From the NCBI GenBank assembly GCA_963751455.1, contig CAVVUN010000002.1, positions 320,001-384,000 on the forward strand: a stretch of 64,000 bases of DNA, written 5' to 3'. The notes beneath the pieces were generated by a model. It had not been told where the DNA came from, ran no database searches, and worked only from the letters and a program-made list of their open reading frames with translations. The position numbers and the translations under genes were made by a program. This document shows positions 9,605 to 19,561 of the stretch, piece by piece (within the stretch, counting starts at the first letter, position 1; the number at the start of each line of letters is the position of its first letter). This DNA is from Nitrospirota bacterium (lineage in GTDB: Bacteria > Nitrospirota > UBA9217).

Positions 9605-11016
9605 TGCAGGCCATACCGAGGCTGGTAATTTCAGCCACGCGGGGAGGGCTCGGCAAGACCACCCTCGCAATCGGCATCACCGCAGCCTGGCGCAAGCAAG
9701 GCAGGCGGGTAGCGGTTTTTAAAAAAGGTCCCGATTTTATAGACGCCGGATGGCTCGGCGCTGCAGCCGGCACTGCATGCTATAATTTGGATCTTTTTAT
9801 GATGGCAAAAGAGCAGATACTCCGCTCGTTCGTGACGCACTCGGCAAATTCAGACGTAGCGGTCATTGAAGGCAATCGCGGCCTCTTCGATGGCATGGAT
9901 GAAACCGGAACATACAGTACAGCGCGCCTGGCGAAGCTGCTCAAAGCACCGGTTATCATCATTGTAGACTGCACCAAGGCTTCGAATACAGTGGGCGCCG
10001 TGGTACTGGGATGCCGCAACTATGATCCCGAAGCAGATATACAAGGCGTCATTCTTAATAACGTATCGTCCGGCCGGCATGAAACGGTGATACGGAAGTC
10101 AATTGAACGAAGCAGCGGTCTGCAGGTTGTTGGAGCGGTACCGCGGCGGAAAAAGGGTGAATTCCCGGAACGCCATATGGGACTGACACCCTTTCACGAG
10201 CACCCGCAGGTTGAACAAGCGATAAGCGCAGCGGCGGCTGTAGCGGAACAGTATCTTGACATTGACGCACTATGGAGTATTGCAAGCGGTATTTCGGACC
10301 TCGATATTCCGGCAAGCTTGGAACCGGTCGTTCACCAGGAGAAATATGACGAACAGCCGGTCATCGGGGTTATCCGAGATACTGCTTTTCAGTTTTACTA
10401 TCCTGACAATCTGGAAGCGCTTGAGCGACACGGCGCGCGTATAGAAATCATAAACGCCCTCAGGGATGAGACGCTGCCGGCAATCGATGCTTTATACATA
10501 GGCGGGGGGTTTCCGGAAACCCAGGCCGCGGAGCTGGCAGCGAACGAAAGCTTCTGCCGCTCGATCAAAGCCGGCGTCGAGCAGGGTCTGCCGGTATACG
10601 CGGAATGCGGCGGGCTTATATATCTTGGCAGGAGTTTGAAAACGCAGGATCGGGAATATGCGATGACCGGCGTTCTTCCTGTCGATTTTGTTCTCGAAAA
10701 TAAGCCGCAGGCCCATGGCTACACGGTTTTGAAAGTGGGTAATAACGGAATTTTTCTTGGCGAAAGTGTTATAATAAAAGGCCACGAATTTCACTATTCC
10801 CGGGTGGAAGGCGGAACCCCGCTTCCCCTGGCATACGAGGTAACACGCGGAGGTGGAATCGACGGGAAGGGCGATGGCTTCGTATATAAGAACGTAATCG
10901 GTTGCTATACCCATCTGCATGCTCTCGGCACGCCGGAATGGGCCGAGGCCATGGTCAGAAAAGCATACGAATACCGTAACCAGAAAATAAGATCGGGAAA
11001 GCAGGTTTTAAGTTGA
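9604..11016 (+). CDS. dsrN: Siroheme amidase DsrN (cobyrinate a,c-diamide synthase family)
   Basis: GKTT, FKKGPDFID, IEGNRGLFDG, AECGG, GHEFHYS; dsr context. Confidence 0.9.
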   Translation: MQAIPRLVISATRGGLGKTTLAIGITAAWRKQGRRVAVFKKGPDFIDAGWLGAAAGTACYNLDLFMMAKEQILRSFVTHSANSDVAVIEGNRGLFDGMDETGTYSTARLAKLLKAPVIIIVDCTKASNTVGAVVLGCRNYDPEADIQGVILNNVSSGRHETVIRKSIERSSGLQVVGAVPRRKKGEFPERHMGLTPFHEHPQVEQAISAAAAVAEQYLDIDALWSIASGISDLDIPASLEPVVHQEKYDEQPVIGVIRDTAFQFYYPDNLEALERHGARIEIINALRDETLPAIDALYIGGGFPETQAAELAANESFCRSIKAGVEQGLPVYAECGGLIYLGRSLKTQDREYAMTGVLPVDFVLENKPQAHGYTVLKVGNNGIFLGESVIIKGHEFHYSRVEGGTPLPLAYEVTRGGGIDGKGDGFVYKNVIGCYTHLHALGTPEWAEAMVRKAYEYRNQKIRSGKQVLS

Positions 11017-11375
11017 GGTCTGATGCAAGGGAAGGCGTGGAGCTTGTATGTCCGTTTTGCAGGTCGAAACTGGCGCGGCCGAAGGAAATGCGGATTAACT
11101 CCATGGAAACTGTCCCGGGCGGAAAATGCGGTTCATGCGGAGCATTGTATATCCTTGATCCCACCAGCAAAAATGTGGGCCAGGTCATGATGCAGGGCCT
11201 TGATATGGCTGCGGCCGAGTTGTCCAAGGACAGCACAGATCTGGTTGCAGGCGAGGATTACGAAGATATTATATTAAGCTACGACTGGCGGACTCACCGT
11301 TCTGCCGGTGTGCCCAAGGGTTTTATGGACGGTCATGGACGGCTCTATGTAATAAAAGTAATAAAGTCTGGTTGA
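11013..11375 (+). CDS. Zn-ribbon-like hypothetical protein
   Basis: CPFC...CGSCG; overlaps the dsrN stop codon. Confidence 0.7.
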   Translation: MRSDAREGVELVCPFCRSKLARPKEMRINSMETVPGGKCGSCGALYILDPTSKNVGQVMMQGLDMAAAELSKDSTDLVAGEDYEDIILSYDWRTHRSAGVPKGFMDGHGRLYVIKVIKSG

Positions 11376-11512
11376 TGACGGGAGGGGAAAAGCGGAAGAC
11401 GGAACGGACTTAAGTCCCTCACACCTTTCGCTGTGCCGCCTTCCGGAAGTTAATACTCAGCGGGACGCTCAGGGACGTGCCCGAATAAAATTCATGAAAG
11501 GGGAAACTAACA

Positions 11513-11848
11513 ATGGCAACAATTGAGGTAAAGGGAAAAACGATCGAAGTAGACGAAGACGGTTTTTTGGCGAACCTGGACGACTGGAACATGGATGTAG
11601 CGAATTACTTCGCACAGGTTGAGGGAATTGATATGACCGATCAGCACTGGGAGGTCGTAAATTTCCTGCGCGACTATTACAAGCAGTATCAGATTGCGCC
11701 GATGATCAAGATCCTCGTGAAAGAAATCGGCAAGAAGCTTGGGCCTGAAAAGGGAAATACCAAGTATCTCTATGAGCTCTATCCGGGCGGTCCGGCAAAG
11801 CAGGCATGCAAAATTGCCGGTCTTCCGAAGCCGACCGGCTGCGTATAG
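11513..11848 (+). CDS. dsrC: DsrC sulfur carrier with both C-terminal Cys
   Basis: GPAKQACKIAGLPKPTGCV. Confidence 0.96.
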   Translation: MATIEVKGKTIEVDEDGFLANLDDWNMDVANYFAQVEGIDMTDQHWEVVNFLRDYYKQYQIAPMIKILVKEIGKKLGPEKGNTKYLYELYPGGPAKQACKIAGLPKPTGCV

Positions 11849-12008
11849 ATTTTTTTCTAACGTCGAATACCGGATCCGGTCTAAACTCTGCGGATTTCGA
11901 TGCGAGGAAGACCGGGAATAGGCCGCGGCCGACAGCCGTATCAATCGGTCAATGCTTGAGAACGGTAATTGACGGTCAGGATATCTCTGTAAGGAGGAAC
12001 GCGGCACC

Positions 12009-12194
12009 ATGATGATGGTAACGATCGACAAGGCAAAGTGTGATGGTGACGGCACTTGCGTGAATATGTGCCCGCAGGCGGTTTTCAAGGTTGAGGGCGG
12101 CAAGTCCGAACCGGTAAATGTGTCCGAATGCATCAACTGTCTGACCTGCGTTGAGAATTGCCCGCAGCAGGCAATCACGGTCACCGAGATATAA
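12009..12194 (+). CDS. Dicluster ferredoxin (CxxDxxC type)
   Basis: CDGDGTCVNMCP...CINCLTCVENCP; RBS AGGAGG. Confidence 0.9.
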   Translation: MMMVTIDKAKCDGDGTCVNMCPQAVFKVEGGKSEPVNVSECINCLTCVENCPQQAITVTEI

Positions 12195-12215
12195 ATGTGG
12201 TAACAGGAATCGATA

Positions 12216-12256
12216 ACAAAGGGGAATAGTTGAATGACTAATCCCCTGTTTTTTAT
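12216..12256 (+). terminator. Possible intrinsic terminator after the ferredoxin gene
   Basis: GGGGAATAGTT/GACTAATCCCC stem followed by a T-run. Confidence 0.5.
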
Positions 12257-12282
12257 TAAATCGCGCTCTGGGAGGTGAAAAG

Positions 12283-12582
12283 ATGAAGCTGGCAGTATTT
12301 TTGAGCGACTGGAGAAGGTCCGAATGCACACTCGAGAAAATGAAGGCCGATAAAATGGCAATTATCCTCGTGGGCAACGGAATTTATCATGCCGTGACGA
12401 AGGAAGAAGGCAGGGATTCGCCGGTGCTTTCAAAAGCGGGCGCCAATTTTTATGTCCTCTCGGACGATCTCGAAACCCGGGGATATACCGCAGCGAATGT
12501 AAACTCCAAGGTCAAAGTAATCGGCTACGGCGATATCGTTGACCTCATTATGAACGACTACGAGAAAACGGCCTGGATGTAG
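12283..12582 (+). CDS. DsrH/TusB-like sulfur relay protein
   Basis: GNGIY..YVLSDDLETRG..IGYGDIVDLI..W. Confidence 0.82.
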   Translation: MKLAVFLSDWRRSECTLEKMKADKMAIILVGNGIYHAVTKEEGRDSPVLSKAGANFYVLSDDLETRGYTAANVNSKVKVIGYGDIVDLIMNDYEKTAWM

Positions 12583-12591
12583 GCAAATCAT

Positions 12592-12710
12592 GAGGGACGA
12601 GGATGAAGGACGAGGGACGAGAAGAACTGGAACCGATTCGTCCATCGTCAGAGCGAATCCCGATTTTCATCGGGATAAACTGCGTGAGCGCTCGCCCATC
12701 GTCCATCGAA
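12592..12710. repeat. Heptamer (GGACGAn) inverted-arm element
   Basis: GAGGGACGAGGATGAAGGACGAGGGACGAG ... TCGTCCATCGTC ... TCGCCCATCGTCCATCG; internal CCCGAT-N4-ATCGGG palindrome. Confidence 0.65.
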
Positions 12711-12729
12711 ATCTGAATAGGAGGATATT

Positions 12730-13089
12730 ATGGGAGAATTAACACTGGGAGTTTTTCCCTCTTTGGTTGGCTCGATGTCGCTCGACTTTGCTTTTAAGCT
12801 GGCTGAAGCGGGAATGGCCAAAGGCCATAAGGTGAATATGTGGCTCTCCGGCAATGCCGTGATGATGGCCAAAAAGGGGCAGAAGGCATTCAAGGATTAT
12901 TCGCATCTTGAAAAGCGCATGAAGGAGATGATCGGTAAAGGCATGGAAATTACCGTCTGCGAGGCGTGCGCCGAAGCGAGGGGCTATCATAAGGAAGACA
13001 CGCCCGAGGGCATGAAACGGGCGAGCATGGACTGGTATCTCGCAAAGACCGTCAAGACCGACAGGTTACTTCATATCGGAGGTGAGTAA
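12730..13089 (+). CDS. DsrE/TusD-like sulfurtransferase
   Basis: GHKVNMWLSGNAV..VCEACAEARG (conserved active Cys region). Confidence 0.82.
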   Translation: MGELTLGVFPSLVGSMSLDFAFKLAEAGMAKGHKVNMWLSGNAVMMAKKGQKAFKDYSHLEKRMKEMIGKGMEITVCEACAEARGYHKEDTPEGMKRASMDWYLAKTVKTDRLLHIGGE

Positions 13090-13502
13090 TGGGCGCCGTT
13101 AATTTATTGTTCGTAGTGCAGAGACCCCCCTATAAGAGTGAGAACCCCCGCCTGGCCCTCACGCATGCAATTGCAAGCCAGACAGCGGAAATTTACATGG
13201 ATGACGGAGACTCGGTCGTACCCACGATGGTGTTTGTCGGCGACGGGGTGCTGAATGCCGTGAAGAACCAGCAGGCCATGAAGGTCTATGGCGTGACGAG
13301 CACAGAAAACCATATTAAGAGCTGTTTGATGATCGACTTGCCGGTTTGGGTCTGCAAGGAGGACATGCAGCGGTTGGGCCTCACCGAGGACCAGATGATC
13401 ACGGAGGCCGCGGACATGGGCGCTGATCTCAAGACCAAGTTTGTCTCGTTTGCCGACATTCAGAAGGAAATGGACTCGGTAAAGCACCTGCTCTTCTTTT
13501 AA
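13089..13502 (+). CDS. DsrF/TusC-like protein
   Basis: LFVVQRPPY..FVGDGV..KNQ..VCKEDMQRLGL. Confidence 0.78.
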   Translation: MGAVNLLFVVQRPPYKSENPRLALTHAIASQTAEIYMDDGDSVVPTMVFVGDGVLNAVKNQQAMKVYGVTSTENHIKSCLMIDLPVWVCKEDMQRLGLTEDQMITEAADMGADLKTKFVSFADIQKEMDSVKHLLFF

Positions 13503-13527
13503 CCGGCAACGCCTTTAAAGATTATTT

Positions 13528-14049
13528 ATGGATATAGATCTCAAAAAACACCTGATAGAAAAAAAACCGGCTATTCTCAAGAAATGGTTCGAAGCTGTTA
13601 CGGAAACATATCCCGAAAACACTTCTGCTTTTTTGAAGCAGCAAAAGGCGCAGTTTGCAAATCCTGTCGGCTACAACCTGGCCGAAGGGTTAGAAGGCCT
13701 TTTCGAGGCGTTGCTCCAGGGAGTAATCCTCGACAAGGTTTCCACCTTTCTTGACAGCATTGTCAGGATAAGGGCAGTCCAGGCTTTTACGCCTTCCGAA
13801 GCCGTTGCGTTTATCTTTCAGCTGAAGAAGATAATCCGGCAGGAACTCGGCACCGAGGTCCTGCAGCAGCACCGGATGATTGAGGAATTTATCGCCCTCG
13901 ACGCAGCCATCGACGACCTGGCCCTCTTCTCCTTTGATATCTTCATAAAATGCCGGGAAAAAATCTACGAAATCAAGGCGAATGAAGCGCGAAACATGAC
14001 CTTCAGGCTCTTGCAGCAGGCGAAGCTCATTGTCGACGATCAGGATTGA
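13528..14049 (+). CDS. dsrT: DsrT (RsbRD N-terminal domain)
   Basis: W..TYP..F..QFANPVG..RIRAVQAFTPSEA..CREKIYEIK; lies upstream of dsrM. Confidence 0.9.
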   Translation: MDIDLKKHLIEKKPAILKKWFEAVTETYPENTSAFLKQQKAQFANPVGYNLAEGLEGLFEALLQGVILDKVSTFLDSIVRIRAVQAFTPSEAVAFIFQLKKIIRQELGTEVLQQHRMIEEFIALDAAIDDLALFSFDIFIKCREKIYEIKANEARNMTFRLLQQAKLIVDDQD

Positions 14050-14100
14050 ACCTGGGCGGAGATATTGACGCTGCTAACCTTAACGAAAAGAGGTAACGAA

Positions 14101-15102
14101 ATGAGAGCATTATTCTCCTTTATCGCAGTATTGCTCCTGGCAGCAGTTGCCTATATAGGGGTGGCGGTCTTGAAGATGAACGTCCTCTTCGGCGTCGTCC
14201 TCCCCTATGCGGCAGTCGCAATATTCATCGTGTTCATGATTGCAAAGGTCTTGAAATGGGGGAGATCTCCGGTCCCCTTCAGGATCCCGACCACGTGCGG
14301 GCAGCAGAAATCCCTTCCGTGGATCAAGCAGAACAAGATTGAAAATCCCTCCGGGACGCTCGGCGTTCTCGCGAGGATGGCCCTTGAAGTTCTGTTTTTC
14401 CGCTCGCTTTTCAGGAACCTGAAAACTCAGAGATATGACGGCGGCAATCAGCTTGCCTACGGTGAGGCGAAATGGCTTTGGGCTGCCGGCCTTGCGTTTC
14501 ACTGGACCTTCCTGATCATTCTCATCAGGCATCTGCGGTTCTTTACGCAGAAGGTTCCAACGCCCGTTCTGATGATCGAAGGGCTCGACAGCTTCCTCCA
14601 GATCGGCACTCCGCTTCTTTACATGACGGACGTCATCTTCCTTGGAGCTGTTGTATATCTGTTCATCCGGAGAATCGGCATTCCGCAGGTACGGTATATC
14701 TCCCTGATCGCGGACTATTTCCCGCTGTTTCTGATCCTGGGCATCGGCACCACCGGAGTGCTCATGAGATATTTCACCAAGACGGACATTGTGAGCGTTA
14801 AAATGCTTGCCATGGGGCTGGTCAGTTTAAATCCGTCCATTCCCCAACCGAACGGAATCGGCGCTGTCTTCTATATTCATCTGTTTCTTCTCAGTGTTCT
14901 GTTCGCCTATTTCCCCTTCAGCAAACTCGTACACGCAGGCGGCGTCTTTATGAGTCCCACCCGGAACCTGGCTAACAACAGCAGGATGAAGAGGCATATC
15001 AACCCCTGGAACTATCCGGTGCATGTCCACACGTACGAGGAGTACGAGAACGATTTCAGGGATAAAATGAAAAAAGCCGGTCTGCCGGTAGAAAAGGAGT
15101 AA
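14101..15102 (+). CDS. dsrM: DsrM membrane cytochrome b
   Basis: SPVPFRIPTTCGQQKSL, FHW, RHLRFF, YFPFSKLVH. Confidence 0.95.
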   Translation: MRALFSFIAVLLLAAVAYIGVAVLKMNVLFGVVLPYAAVAIFIVFMIAKVLKWGRSPVPFRIPTTCGQQKSLPWIKQNKIENPSGTLGVLARMALEVLFFRSLFRNLKTQRYDGGNQLAYGEAKWLWAAGLAFHWTFLIILIRHLRFFTQKVPTPVLMIEGLDSFLQIGTPLLYMTDVIFLGAVVYLFIRRIGIPQVRYISLIADYFPLFLILGIGTTGVLMRYFTKTDIVSVKMLAMGLVSLNPSIPQPNGIGAVFYIHLFLLSVLFAYFPFSKLVHAGGVFMSPTRNLANNSRMKRHINPWNYPVHVHTYEEYENDFRDKMKKAGLPVEKE

Positions 15103-15104
15103 TC

Positions 15105-16724
15105 ATGGCGAAACTTCCGAAACCAGAAGAACTGATGAAGATTGATGACACTCCGCCGAAGACGGAGTGGATGGATACGCCTGTTACGATCAAAGAGGGC
15201 ATGTTCTGCCACGGGGTAAAGCCGAAAAGCCTCGACATCGTCGGATTCCCCAACCCGCGCGACTGGCGGCCTATGGACGCGGATTGGAAATTGCCCGAGA
15301 ATTGGAAGCAGATACTCCTCGAAGGCATTGCTGACCGCCTCAAAAAATACCGCTCCTTCCAGCTCTTTATGGACATCTGTGTCCGGTGCGGCGCCTGCGC
15401 GGACAAATGCCACTTTTTCATCGGCACGGGCGATCCGAAAAATATGCCGGTGCTCAGGGCCGAACTGATCAGATCGGTCTATAGGAAAGAATTTACAACG
15501 GCAGGAAAGATTTTCGGCAAGATGGCAGGTGCGCGCGAGCTCACCGTGGACGTGCTGAAGGAGTGGTGGTACTACTTCTTCCAGTGCACTGAATGCCGGC
15601 GCTGCTCGGTATTCTGCCCGTACGGCATCGACCAGGCCGAGATCACAATTATCGGACGCGAACTGCTGAATCTCCTGGGCCTGAACATCGAATGGATCGG
15701 CGGCCCGGTCTCGAATTGCTATATGAAGGGAAACCACCTGGGACTGGAGCCCCACACCATAACAGGCAACCTCGAGTACATGCTCGATGATATCGAGACG
15801 ATCACTGGCAAGAGGATTAAACCGACGTTCAACCGCAAGGGCGCTGAAATCCTGTTCGTAACCCCTTCGGGCGACCTCTTCGCAGACCCGGGCACGTACA
15901 CATGCATGGGATACCTTATGCTGTTCGAGGAACTCGGGCTGGACTATACCTGGAGCACGTACGCTTCAGAAGGCGGCAACTTCGGCTTCTTCACCTCTAA
16001 CGAGATGGGAAAACGGCTGAATTCCAAGATATATGCGGAAGCCAAGCGCCTTGGCGTGAAGTGGATCCTCGGCGGAGAGTGCGGCCACATGTGGAGAGTC
16101 CTGAACCAGTATATGGATACCTGGAACGGGCCGGCTGATTTCCTGGAAGTCCCGAAATCGCCGATCACGGGCACGGTCTTCGAGAACGCAAAATCAACCA
16201 AGATGATCCATGTCGCGGAATTTACCGCTGACCTGATCAAGAACAACAAGCTCAAGCTGGATCCAAAGCGCAACGATCACCTCAACGTTACCTGGCACGA
16301 TTCCTGTAATACCGCCCGCGGCATGGGGCTTCTCGAGGAGCCGCGGTACGTCCTCAAAAACGTCGTCAACAACTTCCATGAAATGCCCGAAGACACTATC
16401 CGGGAAAAGACCTTCTGCTGCGGCAGCGGAACCGGTTTGAATGCCTCGGAAGATATGGATCTAAGGATGAAGGGCGGCTTCCCCCGGGCGAACGCCGTCA
16501 AATTCGTTGCCGACCATCACGGCGTCAACATGCTTGCCAACGTCTGCGCCATTGACCGGGCAACGCTCAAGGCCCTTATGGAATACTGGGTACCCAGCGT
16601 GAATGTTTGCGGCCTCCATGAACTCGTGGCAAACGCCCTTGTCATGAAGGGTGAGAAGGAACGAACAACCGACCTGCGCGGTGAACCCCTTCCTTCAATA
16701 GAAAAGAAGGAGGAAAAAGCCTAA
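15105..16724 (+). CDS. dsrK: DsrK Fe-S / CCG-domain subunit
   Basis: CVRCGACADKC, CTECRRCSVFCP, GECGH, HDSC, CCGSG. Confidence 0.96.
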   Translation: MAKLPKPEELMKIDDTPPKTEWMDTPVTIKEGMFCHGVKPKSLDIVGFPNPRDWRPMDADWKLPENWKQILLEGIADRLKKYRSFQLFMDICVRCGACADKCHFFIGTGDPKNMPVLRAELIRSVYRKEFTTAGKIFGKMAGARELTVDVLKEWWYYFFQCTECRRCSVFCPYGIDQAEITIIGRELLNLLGLNIEWIGGPVSNCYMKGNHLGLEPHTITGNLEYMLDDIETITGKRIKPTFNRKGAEILFVTPSGDLFADPGTYTCMGYLMLFEELGLDYTWSTYASEGGNFGFFTSNEMGKRLNSKIYAEAKRLGVKWILGGECGHMWRVLNQYMDTWNGPADFLEVPKSPITGTVFENAKSTKMIHVAEFTADLIKNNKLKLDPKRNDHLNVTWHDSCNTARGMGLLEEPRYVLKNVVNNFHEMPEDTIREKTFCCGSGTGLNASEDMDLRMKGGFPRANAVKFVADHHGVNMLANVCAIDRATLKALMEYWVPSVNVCGLHELVANALVMKGEKERTTDLRGEPLPSIEKKEEKA

Positions 16725-17143
16725 TGAAACTCTATGACGGCGGTAAAATAATCATCGGGCTGATCATATTTGTCGCTTTCGCGACGTTCCCCTTTTACTA
16801 CAACATCGGCAAGGTAAACGCCAAGCCCGAGCCGAAACTGGATACTCCCGAAATTCTGAAGATGCCGGAGCAGGAGAGGAAGTGCGTGGAGCCCAAGGCA
16901 TTCATGCGGGCCGAGCATATGCAACTCCTCAACAACTGGCGCGACTCCGTGGTCCGCGAGGGAAACCGGCAGTACATCAGCAGCACCGGAAAGCATATCA
17001 ACATGAGCCTCCAGAACGAATGCATGCGGTGCCATGCCAACAAGAAAAAATTCTGCGATGAATGCCACAACTATATGGCGGTCAATCCCTATTGTTTTGA
17101 TTGTCATATTGCCCCCAAGGAGAAGGAGGACCAAAAATCATGA
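16724..17143 (+). CDS. dsrJ: DsrJ triheme cytochrome c
   Basis: Three CxxCH motifs, HMQLLNNWRD. Confidence 0.95.
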   Translation: MKLYDGGKIIIGLIIFVAFATFPFYYNIGKVNAKPEPKLDTPEILKMPEQERKCVEPKAFMRAEHMQLLNNWRDSVVREGNRQYISSTGKHINMSLQNECMRCHANKKKFCDECHNYMAVNPYCFDCHIAPKEKEDQKS

Positions 17144-17970
17144 GCATGGATAGAAGAAAATTCCTGAAGATAGCAGGCATCTCCTCCATCCTGGGGCTCG
17201 GCGCCTCGGCCGCATCGGCAACGCATAATATCTGGGCGCCCGGTTTGTCGCCGGACCAGGTCGAAAAGAATAAAGAGGCGTTGACAGGCAAGCACTGGGC
17301 CATGGTTGTGGACATGAGCAAGTTCAAAACCGAAGAAGACATTCAGAAAACGGTCAGTGCCTGCCACTCCACTCATAACGTACCCGATTTCGGGAACATC
17401 AAGGACGAGATCAAGTGGATATGGAAAGAGACGTACGAGCATTCCTTCCCGTCTCAGGAAAACCCGTACATGGAAGAGAAGATCAAGGACATGCCCTTCC
17501 TCGTGATGTGCAACCATTGTGAAAAGCCGGCCTGCGTACGGGTCTGCCCGACCCAGGCCACGTTCAAGCGCAAGGAGGACGGCATCGTCATGATGGACAT
17601 GCACCGCTGCATCGGGTGCCGGTTCTGCATGGCGGCCTGCCCGTACGGCGCACGGAGTTTCAACTACCGGGATCCCCGGGGCAAAGACGCCCAGGGACAG
17701 CCGTTCATCAAGAACGAGAACAAGGAGTATCCGACCCGCACCAAGGGTGTGGTCGAAAAATGCACGTTCTGCACCGAACGGCTCGTTGTCGGTAAAATGC
17801 CGGCCTGTGTCGAGGCTGCGCCCGCAGGCGGGCTCATCTTCGGCGACCTGGAGAACAAGGAATCAGAGGTCCGGAAAATCATAGAGACGCGCTATACGAT
17901 CAGGCGCAAGCCGGAACTCGGGACCGGACCGAGCGTTTACTACCTGATAGGAGGTAATGAGCATGCTTGA
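17140..17970 (+). CDS. dsrO: DsrO Tat-exported Fe-S protein
   Basis: DRRKFLK Tat motif; CNHCEKPAC, CIGCRFCMAACP. Confidence 0.94.
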   Translation: MSMDRRKFLKIAGISSILGLGASAASATHNIWAPGLSPDQVEKNKEALTGKHWAMVVDMSKFKTEEDIQKTVSACHSTHNVPDFGNIKDEIKWIWKETYEHSFPSQENPYMEEKIKDMPFLVMCNHCEKPACVRVCPTQATFKRKEDGIVMMDMHRCIGCRFCMAACPYGARSFNYRDPRGKDAQGQPFIKNENKEYPTRTKGVVEKCTFCTERLVVGKMPACVEAAPAGGLIFGDLENKESEVRKIIETRYTIRRKPELGTGPSVYYLIGGNEHA

Positions 17971-19135
17971 GAAAGGGTTGGAAGGAAGTAAGAAATACTG
18001 GGCATGGGTGTTCTTCCTGGGCGCCCTGGCGCTTTCAGGAGTTTACTATTACCTCAGGCAGTTCAATTACGGCCTCGGCCTGACCGGGTTGAGCAGGGAC
18101 GTTTCCTGGGGCCTCTATATCGGACAGTTTACGTTCCTCGTCGGTGTCGCGGCTTCTGCCGTGATGCTCGTGATACCGTACTATCTCCATGACTATAAAA
18201 AATTCGGAAAGATCGTGATCCTGGGCGAATTTCTCGCGATCTCGGCAGTCACAATGTGCATTTTGTTCATCTTCGTGGATATGGGCCAGCCCATGAGGAT
18301 CATGAATGTTGTGCTGCATCCGACGCTCAACTCGGTCATGTTCTGGGATTCGATGGTTCTGGCAGGATACCTGTTCCTGAACCTCATGATCGGCTGGGTA
18401 ACGCTCGGTTCTGACCGTAAGGGTGTGGCGCCGCCCAAGTGGATCAAGCCTTTTATCTACCTGTCCATACCCTGGGCCGTCAGTATTCACACAGTTACTG
18501 CGTTCCTCTATGCCGGTCTTCCCGGGAGACATTTCTGGTTAAGCGCCATCATGGCAGCACGCTTCCTGGCTTCTGCTTTCGCCGGCGGCCCAGCGCTCCT
18601 GATCATACTGGCGCTGATCGTCAGAAAAGTTACGAAGTTCGATCCGGGCAAAGAGCCGATACAGACGCTCGGCAAAATCGTAACCTACGCCATGTTCGCG
18701 AACGTGTTCTTCCTCGGACTCGAGTTCTTTACGGCCTTCTACAGCAATATCCCGGGCCACATGCATTCGTTCGTCTATCTCTATGCCGGACTTGACGGAC
18801 ACAGCGAACTCGTGCCGCTGATGTGGACCTCGACGATATTTGCAGCCGTATCGCTGGCGATGCTCGTGATCCCCGGCATTCGTAAAAACGAGGGCGCGCT
18901 CGCTTTCGCCTGCGTCCTGCTGTTCATCTCTCTCTGGATAGACAAGGGTTTCGGGCTTGTCATCGGCGGCTTCGTCCCGAACATGCTGGAGCAGGTACGG
19001 CCTTATTGGCCGACCAGGTTGGAGTCAGTCATAACGCTCGGCGTATGGGCAATCGGCCTCCTTATTCTCACCTTCCTGTACAAAATAGCTATCTCGGTGA
19101 GGGAAGAAACAAAGGGTGTCGAAATAGAACATTAA
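17957..19135 (+). CDS. dsrP: DsrP NrfD-family membrane subunit
   Basis: SWGLYI.QFTFLVGVAA, WAVSIHTVTAF, multiple TM helices. Confidence 0.94.
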   Translation: MSMLEKGLEGSKKYWAWVFFLGALALSGVYYYLRQFNYGLGLTGLSRDVSWGLYIGQFTFLVGVAASAVMLVIPYYLHDYKKFGKIVILGEFLAISAVTMCILFIFVDMGQPMRIMNVVLHPTLNSVMFWDSMVLAGYLFLNLMIGWVTLGSDRKGVAPPKWIKPFIYLSIPWAVSIHTVTAFLYAGLPGRHFWLSAIMAARFLASAFAGGPALLIILALIVRKVTKFDPGKEPIQTLGKIVTYAMFANVFFLGLEFFTAFYSNIPGHMHSFVYLYAGLDGHSELVPLMWTSTIFAAVSLAMLVIPGIRKNEGALAFACVLLFISLWIDKGFGLVIGGFVPNMLEQVRPYWPTRLESVITLGVWAIGLLILTFLYKIAISVREETKGVEIEH

Positions 19136-19155
19136 AGCAAAAACTTTTTTTAAAC

Positions 19156-19193
19156 AAAGGCTTACCTCCAGAACCGGGGGTAAGCCTTTTTTT
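19156..19193 (+). terminator. Intrinsic terminator of the dsr operon
   Basis: AAAGGCTTACC...GGTAAGCCTTTTTTT. Confidence 0.8.
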
Positions 19194-19284
19194 GTGATAT
19201 TTTTATTGATTTTATCGTTCAGGATTGGTAGTATGTGCGCGCTCCAGGGCAGCATACATTTCATTCGAGGAGGAAGTAGATCGC

Positions 19285-19470
19285 ATGTACATGGTAACAG
19301 TGGATAGAAACAAGTGTGACGGCGACGGGACCTGCGCAAACGTATGCCCGCAGGCTGTGTTCAAGGTAGAAGGCGGCAAAGCTGATCCGGCAAACATGTC
19401 GGAATGTATCAATTGCCTGACCTGCGTCGAAAATTGCCCGCAACAGGCCATTACCGTAAACGAAATCTAA
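19285..19470 (+). CDS. Dicluster ferredoxin, paralog of 12009-12194
   Basis: CDGDGTCANVCP...CINCLTCVENCP; RBS GAGGAGG. Confidence 0.9.
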   Translation: MYMVTVDRNKCDGDGTCANVCPQAVFKVEGGKADPANMSECINCLTCVENCPQQAITVNEI

Positions 19471-19493
19471 GTATCTTCAATGACGCATTCATT

Positions 19494-19530
19494 AAAGGGG
19501 ACCGGTACATAGCCGGCCCCCTTTTCTTTT
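19494..19530. terminator. Probable bidirectional terminator
   Basis: AAAGGGG.CCGG...CCGG.CCCCCTTTT between convergent genes. Confidence 0.65.
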
Positions 19531-19561
19531 GTACGCCAGCCGGGCGACGTCACTTTTACCA

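Noticed and set aside
9604-11016. Cobalamin biosynthesis cbiA/cobB
   Set aside because: Position in the dsr operon and absence of other cob genes favour dsrN.
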